This document shows positions 28,951 to 39,058 of a DNA stretch of 64,000 bases, piece by piece. The notes under the pieces were generated by a model. The model saw only the letters and a list, made by a program, of their open reading frames with translations. It did no database searches and was not told the origin of the DNA. Source of the stretch: Candidatus Micrarchaeia archaeon (GTDB lineage Archaea > Micrarchaeota > Micrarchaeia > CAILAH01); NCBI GenBank assembly GCA_038874595.1, contig JAVZCB010000005.1, forward strand, positions 1-64,000, given 5' to 3'. The first letter of the stretch is position 1. Each line of letters opens with the position of its first letter. The translations under genes were made by a program, and so were the position numbers.

Positions 28951-30366
28951 TTACCTGACCTCACTTGGATATCCTTTATTTCTGCTTCTTGATAATGCTG
29001 CATAGTCGCTCTGGCCTGCACGAAAGACACTGCCGTATGAGTCAAGCAGCTGCTCCTCAATCGATTGCGCACGCTTTATTGCACGCTCAACGTGTTCCTT
29101 TGAAATAAGTGATGCACCTTCAAATATTGCAATATCTCCCGCCATCTTTATGATGCCGCTAAGGTCACGAAGCCTTAATGTAAGACCGTCCTTTCCATCA
29201 ATCTGCCTCGCGCGCAATTTTGATTCCTGTATTATGCGCATGCACGCATCATAAGATGCATGTGGTATCCTCCCATCTTTTGCAATCTCCTGCGCTATGA
29301 ACTGTACCATTTTCTCGCGGTTTTTCTCGTTATCCGGCATAACCGTATTAAGCAGCACTTCATAACCAGAACCTATAATACGTGAGCGTAGGGGTGGAAG
29401 TATTGCGTGCACATCATTGATGTTAACTGCACCTACAAGAATGAAATCGCACGGCACGTTATCAACGCGAACAACCGCACCTGTGCTCGTTGAATTCCTG
29501 CCTACTATCGGGAACTTTTTCTCCTGCATTGCTGTTAAAAGATACCTTTGTAACTCACCAAGCGTTGAAAGCTCATCAATGAACAGGACACCTTCGTGTG
29601 CTTCGTGTATTGCCCCGGGCACAACACGCTCGTGCGGCGGTATCCCAATATCCTTGTGGCCGCCGTACGGGTCGTGCCTTACATCACCAAGCAATTCCGA
29701 TTCTGACGCTCCTGTCGCCTGCACAAAAGTATTCCTGTCAAGATGGACCAGGATTTTTCTCTGCTGCTCACCACCTGCGCGCGTCCTGTTTTTGTATACC
29801 TTAACCTTTGTGCCCGCACGCTCATAGGTAAGCTCTTCCTCCTTGCCCTCAGGGGTTATGCGCTTCATCAGGACCTTATCATCGCGCGAGATGCGCGGCG
29901 CACTTGAGAACATATCTTCAATATTACGGTTTCTCCTATACTTTTCGGCACCGCAGTATAAGCATATGTTTGATTCCGGATCGCTTATTGTCCCGCATTT
30001 CCTGCATCTAAAGCCCAGCCTTTCAGAAACGTAGTATGGGGCATCGCGCGGGTCAATCAGCTTTGCCTTAAGTATTTCCTTTTTCTCACGTTCAATATCC
30101 TCTGCGGTTTTTATCTCAAGAATCGGCCTGTCAGGGTTCTCAAAATTGCTTAAAACAGCAATCTGCTGCGTAGGCTTTGGAAGTGCGGATGAAATTGTGT
30201 TTGCAATAAAGCTCTTGCCAGTACCTGGTGGGCCAACCAAAAGCAGGTGCCTCCTCTGCTTCGCAACAATATGCGCTATTTCAAGAACGTGCTCCTGCCC
30301 AATCACCCTTTCAAGAGGGCTTTCAGGAATCTTTATTTCAGAAGTACTCTCAAAAGATAGAGGCAT
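28951..30366 (-). CDS. LonB-like AAA+ ATPase lacking the protease domain
   Basis: LERVIGQE, GPPGTGKS, LLGDVRHDPYGG, PGAIHEAHEGVLFIDE, LRSRI; ends shortly after the AAA module. Confidence 0.88.
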   Translation of the reverse strand: MPLSFESTSEIKIPESPLERVIGQEHVLEIAHIVAKQRRHLLLVGPPGTGKSFIANTISSALPKPTQQIAVLSNFENPDRPILEIKTAEDIEREKKEILKAKLIDPRDAPYYVSERLGFRCRKCGTISDPESNICLYCGAEKYRRNRNIEDMFSSAPRISRDDKVLMKRITPEGKEEELTYERAGTKVKVYKNRTRAGGEQQRKILVHLDRNTFVQATGASESELLGDVRHDPYGGHKDIGIPPHERVVPGAIHEAHEGVLFIDELSTLGELQRYLLTAMQEKKFPIVGRNSTSTGAVVRVDNVPCDFILVGAVNINDVHAILPPLRSRIIGSGYEVLLNTVMPDNEKNREKMVQFIAQEIAKDGRIPHASYDACMRIIQESKLRARQIDGKDGLTLRLRDLSGIIKMAGDIAIFEGASLISKEHVERAIKRAQSIEEQLLDSYGSVFRAGQSDYAALSRSRNKGYPSEVR

Positions 30367-30442
30367 ACGAAGTTAAGACCACACAATGTTTAAAAATACT
30401 TCTCAAAAGCAATTTTTACGACAAATGACGATGTGTTATGTT

Positions 30443-31090
30443 TCAATCTTTACGTCGTAAATTGTGCTTTTGGAGAATATCTGAAAGAAGTGATACAAGG
30501 TAAAATCCAATAAATGCGCCTGCTATAAATCCCGTCAAGCCGCGAATCAGGTTTGTGCTCTCCCACATCCCAAGAAGTTGTGCTGTGCCATCTAGTCCCA
30601 TAGGTATGAGCCCTACAAAGAGAAACAGCAGTGATGGCGTTTCTGGAATAAGCCTGCGGATATAAAGAAACGCAAGCCCTGCAAACACCATTCCTATATA
30701 TAGCGCTGTATCCCGTGAGCATACAACAAACTTATACCCTATCATTCCATCTCGCTGCACCATCTCGGCCCTGTTTCTTCCTATTTGTGATACTGAGTAT
30801 GAGAATACACCATCCCATGCATGTGATGCCGGAGTAAACACGGTACGGACTATCGCGGTCCCGTTGTAATCATGAGGTATACATTCCCCAACAGACCACG
30901 TACCGCTTGCATTAAAAATGCAAAATGACCTGTAAATCCACTGGTGGCAGAGCGGCTCACCGGCAATATAAAGCCCTCTCGCAACATCTGAATAGCCAAG
31001 ATGGGCAGCTATAGGGCCGCCAAGTGTAAATGCAAGAAGTAAAAGTGAAAAAGACATGTACAATGTGAAGCTTAGCAGGAACTTATCCAT
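30443..31090 (-). CDS. DUF2085-like membrane protein
   Basis: LCHQWIYRSF, VCSRDTALYIG, PMGLDGTAQLLGMWESTNLIRGLTG. Confidence 0.85.
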   Translation of the reverse strand: MDKFLLSFTLYMSFSLLLLAFTLGGPIAAHLGYSDVARGLYIAGEPLCHQWIYRSFCIFNASGTWSVGECIPHDYNGTAIVRTVFTPASHAWDGVFSYSVSQIGRNRAEMVQRDGMIGYKFVVCSRDTALYIGMVFAGLAFLYIRRLIPETPSLLFLFVGLIPMGLDGTAQLLGMWESTNLIRGLTGFIAGAFIGFYLVSLLSDILQKHNLRRKD

Positions 31091-31142
31091 TGGTCGTATA
31101 TAATAGCAACAATTATTAAATTGTTAAAGCCTGAACTGAGGT

Positions 31143-32477
31143 ATGAGTAGTTTTCTCACAAGGTGTAAAGAGGCGCGTGATGAAATCAGCAAAATGGAGG
31201 ATGTGCTAATTGTTCATCATTACGATGCTGATGGGCTTAGCAGCGGCGCGCTCGTTGCGGCTGCACTTGAAAAGATGGGAAAAGCATACTCCCGCCTCTG
31301 CTTTAGAAAACTTACTCAGAAGGAGCTTGGGGAGATTGCACAAAGAAAGGAAAAGGATGTGATACTTGCTGATTTTGGAGGTAGCGTCCAGGAAGAGCTG
31401 GCCAAGATGGAAAAGAGGCGCGTTGTTATTATTGACCATCACATTTGTGAAGAAGGCCCAATACTTCAGGTTAATCCCAGGCTTTTTGGGATTGATGGAT
31501 CTCGTGAAATGTCCGGCTCATCCACAGCGTATTTCACGTTTGGGTTTCCTGAGCTGTCACCAATAGGGATTGTTGGTGCGGTGGGGGATGTCCAGGCACC
31601 GCTGTATGGGTGGAACAGGAAAATGCTAGAAGAAGGAATTAAAGGCGGGTTCGTAAATGCTTACAATGACCTTTGCATGTTTGGGCGAATGAGCAGGCCG
31701 CTCGTGCCATTTCTACTTTACTCAACAGACCCGTTCGTACCTGGGCTGACCGGTAATGAGGGGAATGTTCTTGATTTCTATAATAAGCTGGATATACCCG
31801 TAAAAGATGCTGACGGTAAATGGAGGTCTTACATGGACCTAACTGAAGAGGAAAAGCTGCGCCTGCGCTCTGCACTCGTATCATACCTCTATGAGAAAGG
31901 ATATAAGAGAACGGCGGCATCATTAATCAGGGAAGTGTACGAGCTGCTTACATATCCCAAAGGCACAGAGATGCGGGATGCGAGCGAATTCTCAACACTA
32001 TTGAATGCCTGCGGCAGGCACAACGAGCCCGATGTTGGCGTGAACGTGCTACTTAAGGTGCAGGGCGCATATGAGCGTGCAGAAGCGCTGCTCGAGCACC
32101 ACCGGAAGATGCTGCGTGAGGGTGTTGAATATGCTCAGAAAGTAATAGTTGATATTGGGCCGTTCTATTTTGTTGATGCGAGGGGAGTTATTGATGATGG
32201 GATTATAGGTGTTGTTGCAGGGATGCTGTACAGCACCATATCTCCTGACAAGCCCGTGCTTGCGATTGCGCTTGATGCGGACGGGAAAATAAAGCTGAGC
32301 TCGCGCGGCACGCGCACGCTCGTTGAAAACGGCCTGAACCTAGGAAAAGCACTCGAGAAGGCATGCAGTGGAATAGGGGTTGGTGGTGGGCACGATATTG
32401 CAGCTGGCGCAACCATTGAAGCAGACAAGCTGAATATATTTCTTGAGCGGTTTGGGAAAGAAATGCTTGTACAGTAG
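31143..32477 (+). CDS. RecJ-like DHH/DHHA1 phosphoesterase
   Basis: HHYDADG, LADFG, IDHH, GAVGD, GGGHDIAAGA. Confidence 0.9.
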   Translation: MSSFLTRCKEARDEISKMEDVLIVHHYDADGLSSGALVAAALEKMGKAYSRLCFRKLTQKELGEIAQRKEKDVILADFGGSVQEELAKMEKRRVVIIDHHICEEGPILQVNPRLFGIDGSREMSGSSTAYFTFGFPELSPIGIVGAVGDVQAPLYGWNRKMLEEGIKGGFVNAYNDLCMFGRMSRPLVPFLLYSTDPFVPGLTGNEGNVLDFYNKLDIPVKDADGKWRSYMDLTEEEKLRLRSALVSYLYEKGYKRTAASLIREVYELLTYPKGTEMRDASEFSTLLNACGRHNEPDVGVNVLLKVQGAYERAEALLEHHRKMLREGVEYAQKVIVDIGPFYFVDARGVIDDGIIGVVAGMLYSTISPDKPVLAIALDADGKIKLSSRGTRTLVENGLNLGKALEKACSGIGVGGGHDIAAGATIEADKLNIFLERFGKEMLVQ

Positions 32478-32479
32478 AA

Positions 32480-32573
32480 TAACTCAAAAATAATCCTGGA
32501 GCCCGCGCATCTTCTTGAATGGTACAAATAATGCAATAGGGCACAGCGGATAATTCAGAAATAATCCTGGAGC
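32480..32573. repeat. 23-bp imperfect direct repeat duplicating the rnhB 3' end
   Basis: taactcaaaaataatcctggagc (32480) vs taattcagaaataatcctggagc (32551). Confidence 0.75.
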
Positions 32574-33193
32574 TTCTGCTGGTTCGCAAGGATTGTTTCA
32601 ACTGTGCTCCATCTCATTCTTACATACTCTTTTCCTTTGCCGGTGCGGAGCATCTCACGCACAGCAGCAACAGTTGATTCGTCTGATGGGTAACCCGACT
32701 GGAAATTATAGCCGACCTCGTCACGGATCCTGTCTATCTCCCAATCACGGATTACCTTTGCCACAATCGATGCTGCACTAACAACCGGATAATTAAAATC
32801 AGCCTTGTGCTCTGCCCTGATGTGCAACTTCCTTGTCATATGCCTTGCTATGCGGTGCGCAAAATTTTGCTCCGTCACATCTGGTGAGTCAACGAGCACT
32901 TCGTGCGGCTCAAGCGGAAGCTCATCAAGCAGGTACGCTTCCTTCATCGCCTCAATCTCATTCAGTGAGAACCTCCTCATCAGCTCATTAAGCTCTTTTG
33001 CAGTGATTAGCACAAAAGAAGTGTAGAACTTCTTTCGTATTTCAGGAAAAAGCGATTCCCTTTCAGCACGCGTGAGCAGTTTTGAGTCTGCAAGCTCAAG
33101 CGATAAAAAATCCTCCTCTTCACCGCACACAAGAGCAATTGAAAGGGGACCGAGAACGGAGCCGCGCCCCGCCTCGTCAATTCCTGCAATCAT
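32555..33193 (-). CDS. rnhB: Ribonuclease HII
   Basis: GIDEAGRG, LADSKLL, KADFNYPVVSAASIVAKV, SGYPSD. Confidence 0.96.
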   Translation of the reverse strand: MIAGIDEAGRGSVLGPLSIALVCGEEEDFLSLELADSKLLTRAERESLFPEIRKKFYTSFVLITAKELNELMRRFSLNEIEAMKEAYLLDELPLEPHEVLVDSPDVTEQNFAHRIARHMTRKLHIRAEHKADFNYPVVSAASIVAKVIRDWEIDRIRDEVGYNFQSGYPSDESTVAAVREMLRTGKGKEYVRMRWSTVETILANQQKLQDYF

Positions 33194-33206
33194 AAAACCA
33201 GAATAT

Positions 33207-33467
33207 TTAAAGGGCAATGGATTTCTTATCTACAATAATGTAGTCAGACACTGCCATAACAGCATCATACGGCAATACTGTATGCCCCTGGTCATCCTTC
33301 TGCATTTTTGATGCGAGCAAACTGTCAAAGCTTGCTTCCAGGACAAGTGTCTGTAGCTTACCTCCGGTCTCGGCAACCTTGATGTCAACGAGCCTACCGA
33401 GCTCCTCGCCATTGCTTGTTATTATTTTCTTTCCTGCCAATTGTTTCGCTAAAACATATTTCGGCAT
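33207..33467 (-). CDS. PRC-barrel domain protein (CdpB-like)
   Basis: LAGKKIITSNGEELGRLVDI...LPYDAVMAVSDYIIV. Confidence 0.88.
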   Translation of the reverse strand: MPKYVLAKQLAGKKIITSNGEELGRLVDIKVAETGGKLQTLVLEASFDSLLASKMQKDDQGHTVLPYDAVMAVSDYIIVDKKSIAL

Positions 33468-33571
33468 AAAACCACCAAACGATTAGACATACACATAAAA
33501 CTATTTAAATGTGTGCGCAAGAAAGACGTCACTGTCGAGTTTTATAAATATTTGTCGAACTTGTGGTGGGA

Positions 33572-35626
33572 TTAGCCAACGCTGCCTTCCGGAATCCTCA
33601 GTGTCCTCACCGGTTTGCCTGCAACCAGGACTTTCCTACTGTCAACATAGAGCTCATAACTTTTTATAGAGAGGGCAATACCTTCAAATTCCTTAATCGT
33701 TATTTCATCACGCGGCTTCTGTAATATACCCTCAGCAACAACCTTATCACCTGGCCGTGAATGTGGCACACTCAGCACCTCAACCTCATCACCAGACATT
33801 GCAGCAAGCAGCATCCCTGCAGACTCAATACCACGTATCTTCGCCGGCTTGAGGTTTTTTACTATGATTACCTTCTTGCCAACAAGCTCTTCCGGCTTGT
33901 AATATGGTGCAAGGCCGGAGACAATCTGCCGTATGCCATCACCCATTGAAACTTTCTCAACGTACAACTTCTCTGCGTTCGGATGCTTGTCAACTGAGAT
34001 TATCTCGCCTATCTCAAGGTCCAGGTCTGCAAACGTTATAGGCTGTTGGGATAAAGATGAGGTTAAAGTTTTTTGCTGTTGCGCCTGCGCCATTGCAGCA
34101 GCTACCTCTTTTTCATCAATCTTCCTGAAAACGGGCCTTGGCTCTCCTAATGCGTGTCCCGGCTTTAATGATAACACACCCAAATCATCCCACCCGCGCC
34201 TTTCAATACCAAGCTGCTTGAATATTTCTTCGCTTGCGTGCGGGATGTAAGGCCATAACAGTATTGCAAGGTCCTTCGCTTGGTTTGCAAGGATATAAAG
34301 AACTGTGGATGCGCGCACCTTATCCTCCTTAACTGCCTTCCACGGCGCGTTCTCCTGGAAATACTTGTTTGCACTGCTGGAGAATTCCATAACTATACCT
34401 AGCGATTCCTTGATTCTCATCTGGTCAAGAAGAGAGGTTATGCGCTTGCACCTATCCTCTTGTGCTAAGATAAATGCCCTATCTTGCTCTGTAAGTGGGC
34501 CGTAAGGCACCTTCCCATCAAAATTATTCTTTATGAAAACGATTGTCCTGTTAATAAGGTTACCTGCATTTGCAACAAGCTCATTGTTGTTCTTCTCAGC
34601 AAGCACCTTCTCAGAAAAGTCACCATCCTCAAATGTTGAGACTTCGCCCAGGAGGCAATACCTAAAAGCATCTATACCAAACCGCTGGACAACCCCAAAC
34701 GGGTTAACTATATTCCCAAGGGATTTGCTCATCTTTTCGCCGTTAACTGTAATATAACCATGCACAAGAATAGATTTGGGCACAGGCAAGCCTGCTGAGA
34801 GTAACATTACTGGCCAGTAGATTGCATGGAACCTCAGTATGCCCTTCCCTATTACGTGCACGTCAGCAGGCCAGTATCTTGAAAACTTTACATCATCAGA
34901 ACCATACCCAACCCCTGTGAGGTACGTGCCAAGCGCATCAAACCACACATACATTATCTGGTTTGGGTCGCGCGGTACCGGGACGCCCCAGCCGCGTGCA
35001 CGCTTCACTGAGCGTGATATGCTGAAATCCTGGAGGCCTTCCCGTATGAAATGAAGCATTTCATTCATTCTTGATTCTGGGATAACTTTCAGCTTCCCGC
35101 TAGTAATCATTTCCTCGAGCTGCTTCTGGTATTTGGATAACCTGAAAAAATAGTTCTCCTCCTCAACAACTTCTGGCGGTTTCTTGTGCTCAGGGCATAG
35201 GCCATTCTCAAGCTGGTGCTCTTCGTAAAACGCCTCGCACCCTACACAATAGAGGCCGCGATAATTCTTCTTGTAGATGTCACCTGATTTGGTGCACAAT
35301 TCCCACATCTTCTGGACACCTTTTCGGTGCTCCGCACTCACAGATGTTCTCACAAAAGAATCATAAGACAGTCCCAACGTATCTGCAAGCTTCCTGAAAC
35401 GCTCGGCGTTCTCGGCGCACAACTCTGCAGGTGTTATTCCCTTGGCTTCTGCGGCCTGTACATTCTTAAGGCTGTTCTCATCCGCACCTGTAACAACGTA
35501 TACATCATCACCGCGCAATTTATGGTAGCGCGCAAGCACGTCTGTCTGGATAAACTCAAGTGCGTGCCCAAGGTGTGGTGATGCATTAACGTATGGGATT
35601 GCAGTTGTAATGTAATACTTTGCCAT
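33572..35626 (-). CDS. metG: Methionyl-tRNA synthetase with C-terminal tRNA-binding domain
   Basis: HLGH, YVWFDAL, KMSKS; C-terminal HPNAEKLY...SAGMLL. Confidence 0.97.
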   Translation of the reverse strand: MAKYYITTAIPYVNASPHLGHALEFIQTDVLARYHKLRGDDVYVVTGADENSLKNVQAAEAKGITPAELCAENAERFRKLADTLGLSYDSFVRTSVSAEHRKGVQKMWELCTKSGDIYKKNYRGLYCVGCEAFYEEHQLENGLCPEHKKPPEVVEEENYFFRLSKYQKQLEEMITSGKLKVIPESRMNEMLHFIREGLQDFSISRSVKRARGWGVPVPRDPNQIMYVWFDALGTYLTGVGYGSDDVKFSRYWPADVHVIGKGILRFHAIYWPVMLLSAGLPVPKSILVHGYITVNGEKMSKSLGNIVNPFGVVQRFGIDAFRYCLLGEVSTFEDGDFSEKVLAEKNNNELVANAGNLINRTIVFIKNNFDGKVPYGPLTEQDRAFILAQEDRCKRITSLLDQMRIKESLGIVMEFSSSANKYFQENAPWKAVKEDKVRASTVLYILANQAKDLAILLWPYIPHASEEIFKQLGIERRGWDDLGVLSLKPGHALGEPRPVFRKIDEKEVAAAMAQAQQQKTLTSSLSQQPITFADLDLEIGEIISVDKHPNAEKLYVEKVSMGDGIRQIVSGLAPYYKPEELVGKKVIIVKNLKPAKIRGIESAGMLLAAMSGDEVEVLSVPHSRPGDKVVAEGILQKPRDEITIKEFEGIALSIKSYELYVDSRKVLVAGKPVRTLRIPEGSVG

Positions 35627-35638
35627 TGCACACGCCCC

Positions 35639-36748
35639 CTAACATTTGATTTTGATTATTATCATTCCATCCTTGTACCGTGCATTCTTTTCAATGTGCG
35701 AAAGTGCCTTGCTTATCTCATGCTCACTCCTGCCTTGCTTCTTAAGCTGGCGGACAAGATGTATCATCTGGTCTATATTATGATAATTCCTATGTATGTA
35801 AGCTGCAGATGCGCGTGCGTTCCTCTCCTTAGTCTCAAGCCCGGCAAGCCGCTCTTTTACCTTTGCCAGTGCAAGCTTGCGGTGCTCTTCCGTTTCTGCT
35901 GCTCCTGCATCCGTATCATCTTCTGAAAGTGCTGGCTCGTATATCGTATCAACCATTTCAAGCACAGATTTGAATTTTATCTTTTCATACTCGCTGCTCT
36001 CATATTTCGTAAGATGCGCAACAGAATAATCCACCAGTTTGCCGTCCTTCTTGTATATGTAATAATTGCCCTCAGCACACACGCCCTTAATCATATACAA
36101 CAGGCGTTCCTTGTCTTCTGCGTTTGGCTCGCGCTCAGAGCGCGGGTCGATGCCGGCGCGCACAAATGCCTCCTCTAAGTATTTTGGCGCTACCGCAACC
36201 TGTGACAGGATGCCTGCCATTAGTGTCTTCTTACCGTGGAGGGTAATGTGCCTCGGCTCAATAGAAAAAGGTGAAGTTTTTGATGGGGGAAATAGGTATG
36301 GTACTCCCTTTCTCAGCTCTCTTCCACGCCAGCTTTCACGCCTGTAAATCACATCTATCACATTGTTATGGTCTGCATCACATAGGATTATGTTGCCGTT
36401 TGAGAATAGTTCAATAACGAGCTTATAATGCTTCCCATGCGAGGTTATGCTGAATATGAGTATGCGCTCAAACCCTGGCTGCTCTATGTTATCAATCACG
36501 CCGTTTGTGAGGCGCTTACGGAGTGCCATTATGAAGTTTGACGGCTGCTCTGGTGATGGGATTTCCCTCTTAGTTGAGGTTATATAATCCGGCAGCTGTA
36601 TTAAGAGCGTAAACTTCCCATCTTCGTTTGAGACCTGGACCTTGAATAGCCTACTTGTCACCTGGTAAATCTTGCCTATCCTTGAGCCCATAAACCTGCC
36701 GCTCATCTCCTTGGCAATATAGAAATACTCTAGGTCTGCAAGCTGCAT
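35639..36748 (-). CDS. NFACT/RqcH-family protein, N-terminal part only
   Basis: PSNFIMALRKRL, QPGFERIL, LVIELFSNGNIIL, YLFPP; ends after a coiled coil. Confidence 0.82.
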   Translation of the reverse strand: MQLADLEYFYIAKEMSGRFMGSRIGKIYQVTSRLFKVQVSNEDGKFTLLIQLPDYITSTKREIPSPEQPSNFIMALRKRLTNGVIDNIEQPGFERILIFSITSHGKHYKLVIELFSNGNIILCDADHNNVIDVIYRRESWRGRELRKGVPYLFPPSKTSPFSIEPRHITLHGKKTLMAGILSQVAVAPKYLEEAFVRAGIDPRSEREPNAEDKERLLYMIKGVCAEGNYYIYKKDGKLVDYSVAHLTKYESSEYEKIKFKSVLEMVDTIYEPALSEDDTDAGAAETEEHRKLALAKVKERLAGLETKERNARASAAYIHRNYHNIDQMIHLVRQLKKQGRSEHEISKALSHIEKNARYKDGMIIIKIKC

Positions 36749-36799
36749 GAATAGGTTATATTAGTTATGTTTAAATAATGCGACCACTATTTTTATAGT

Positions 36800-37261
36800 A
36801 TGAGGTCTGGTGTGCAGGCCAGGGCCAGTGATAAGGCAGCGTTGGCCCTTATTAGCGAGCAGGAAAAACTTACTGGTGGCAAAGCCAGAGAGCAGAAAGG
36901 ACTATTGGAGATTATCAATAGCGGCTTTAAGCGTATTACTGGATTCATAATAGATAGTCAAAGAAAAAAGGAGTCTATAGAACGGATAGATAACAAGCTG
37001 GATAACTGTATGAAAAAGCTTGAGACGATTTATGAGAGCACGGGAAATCCGATACTAAGGAGGGCCGTTCTTGATTCAATTGAGAAAATTAAGGAGATAT
37101 ATTCACTGCACGTGCTTGAGATTGAAACTATGTATTCATCAAATGAAAAGATTGAGAATAAGCTCGTGTTTTACAAGGTTATGGAGAGCGATGCGATTGA
37201 AGATATGGATGATGTCGTTTCGCAGCTGAAAAAAATGCTTGTGAATCCTGAAAAAAGGTAA
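36800..37261 (+). CDS. Hypothetical helical/coiled-coil protein
   Basis: 153-aa ORF rich in E/K/I. Confidence 0.6.
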   Translation: MRSGVQARASDKAALALISEQEKLTGGKAREQKGLLEIINSGFKRITGFIIDSQRKKESIERIDNKLDNCMKKLETIYESTGNPILRRAVLDSIEKIKEIYSLHVLEIETMYSSNEKIENKLVFYKVMESDAIEDMDDVVSQLKKMLVNPEKR

Positions 37262-37309
37262 GCACAACTAATGACAACTAATGATAAAGAAAATAAATAC
37301 AGGTGTAAG

Positions 37310-37492
37310 TTAATCTTCGCATAGCACAAAAAAACTGCTGTGATAAGCGTGTGCTTGAGTGGTTGGCCTCATAAATCCTGAATAGATTAATCTTCACATA
37401 GCACAAAAAAACTGCTGTGATAAGCGTGTGCTTGAGTGGTTGGCCTCATAAATCCTGAATAGATTAATCTTCGCATAACACAAAAAAGCTGC
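37310..37492. repeat. Intergenic 77-bp tandem repeat (about 2.4 copies)
   Basis: Unit starts ttaatcttc at 37310, 37387 and 37464; the first two copies differ by one base. Confidence 0.95.
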
Positions 37493-37503
37493 ACCTGCCA
37501 GCA

Positions 37504-38514
37504 CTAAATAACCTTTATGTCTATTACATACTGGTCTGTATCAGGAGAATATGTGCGCACACGGCGCGTATATATTATTTCTGCCGGCCTGCCAAGCAAA
37601 GATAATGCTTCATCGCATAACTGCTTGACTGCACCTTTTTGTGCAAACCCGTAAACGTGGATTATACACCCATTCTTTGCAGTGTGTGATACATAAGGCA
37701 AGAATGCAAGCGCATCTTTCGGGAGGGGCATTATTATCCTGTCAGCCCAGTCATTAAACTTCTTATCCTTGAGCACTTCCTTCACGTCACCCTGGACTGG
37801 GATTACCTTGCCTTCAACCTTGTTGAGCTTGACATTCTCAACCGCATACTTATGGCCTTCCGGATTCAATTCTATTGAGTATACGAGTATGCTCCGCTCT
37901 TTTGCTATTATAATGGGGAACGGTGCAACACCTGAAAACAACGCAAGGATATGCTCACCATCCCTTACTTGCTTGAGTATCCGCTCACGCTCGTGCGAAA
38001 GCCGGGGCGAAAAATATACCTTTGACACATCAACCTTGAACCTGCACTTACGTTCCTTGTGCACCGTCTCAGTCCTGTGCTCACCAGCAAGATGCCTCAA
38101 ACCGCGTACCCTATACTCACCGGCAATACCGCTATCCTTCGCAAAAACAGCCCTGACATTCTTATGCAGCCTTAAAATCTCACTGCCTATCTCCTTTTCC
38201 CTGGATTTCAAACTATCTGGTATTTCTATTATTGCAATGTCGCCTATTATGTCAAATGAGCGGATTTCCCTTATCCCAAGTGATTGTGCGATCGTTCTTG
38301 GCCTGCGCTCGCGTGGCTTGACTTGGGCCATTACAACTTCCTTACCTTTAAGATAAGGATGGTCTGCGGTTGAAAGTGGAAAATAGATATATGAGGAATC
38401 ACTTTTTATCGTGTAATTGTTATCAAGAAGGTTAAGCTCAACAAGCTTTTTCCTTGTTAACTCTCCCTCCTTTTTTTCAACTTTCAGACATGGGATATCA
38501 TTCATGGCCTGCAC
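37504..38514 (-). CDS. trm5: Trm5-family tRNA (guanine-37-N1) methyltransferase
   Basis: FDIIGDIAII, GEYRVR, VYFSPRLSHER, ELNP, DRIIMPLP. Confidence 0.9.
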   Translation of the reverse strand: MQAMNDIPCLKVEKKEGELTRKKLVELNLLDNNYTIKSDSSYIYFPLSTADHPYLKGKEVVMAQVKPRERRPRTIAQSLGIREIRSFDIIGDIAIIEIPDSLKSREKEIGSEILRLHKNVRAVFAKDSGIAGEYRVRGLRHLAGEHRTETVHKERKCRFKVDVSKVYFSPRLSHERERILKQVRDGEHILALFSGVAPFPIIIAKERSILVYSIELNPEGHKYAVENVKLNKVEGKVIPVQGDVKEVLKDKKFNDWADRIIMPLPKDALAFLPYVSHTAKNGCIIHVYGFAQKGAVKQLCDEALSLLGRPAEIIYTRRVRTYSPDTDQYVIDIKVI

Positions 38515-38586
38515 CCAAAACTTAAACCACGCCTCATAATTTATACGCTGCTAACCTTCCTGATGTTAAAAGCACTCAACCAACAC

Positions 38587-38967
38587 CTAAACCAAATCAT
38601 CCACTGTCCTGTTGATTAGCTGTGCCTTTTCCAGTGAGATTGATGCATTATCTGACAGCTCGCCTACACGTATGAACAGCCAGCCAGCACGCGGTACACG
38701 CCACGCAACATATGCTGAAACACTCGTGGACTCTTCCCACTTCTTAAGGAGCTCATACTGCTCTTTACGCAGTGAGAGGCGCTTGCTGTTCCACGCCTTG
38801 CACTCAAACACATACGCCTCCATCTTCCTGAATGCGAGAAGGTCCGGGGCGGTTGTGTACACTCCTGAGCCAGCTGCACGGACTACCATAAAGCCGCGCT
38901 GTGCAAGCAAATCTGCAAGCTCGCGCTCAAACCGCGCGCCTTTTGAGTATGAGTTTTTCAGGGACAT
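38587..38967 (-). CDS. hjc: Holliday junction resolvase Hjc
   Basis: KGARFERELADLL...GFMVVRAAGSG...PDLLA...FECK. Confidence 0.93.
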   Translation of the reverse strand: MSLKNSYSKGARFERELADLLAQRGFMVVRAAGSGVYTTAPDLLAFRKMEAYVFECKAWNSKRLSLRKEQYELLKKWEESTSVSAYVAWRVPRAGWLFIRVGELSDNASISLEKAQLINRTVDDLV

Positions 38968-39058
38968 ACAAGATAATTTAGGAAACTTAAAATAAAAAGC
39001 AAATCAAAGGGAAATTCCTTTAACTAATCTAGCAATTACCAAAACCTTTTCTAATTTA

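Noticed and set aside
37310-37492. CRISPR array or tRNA
   Set aside because: The whole 77-bp unit repeats without unique spacers, and I see no cloverleaf or T-loop motif.
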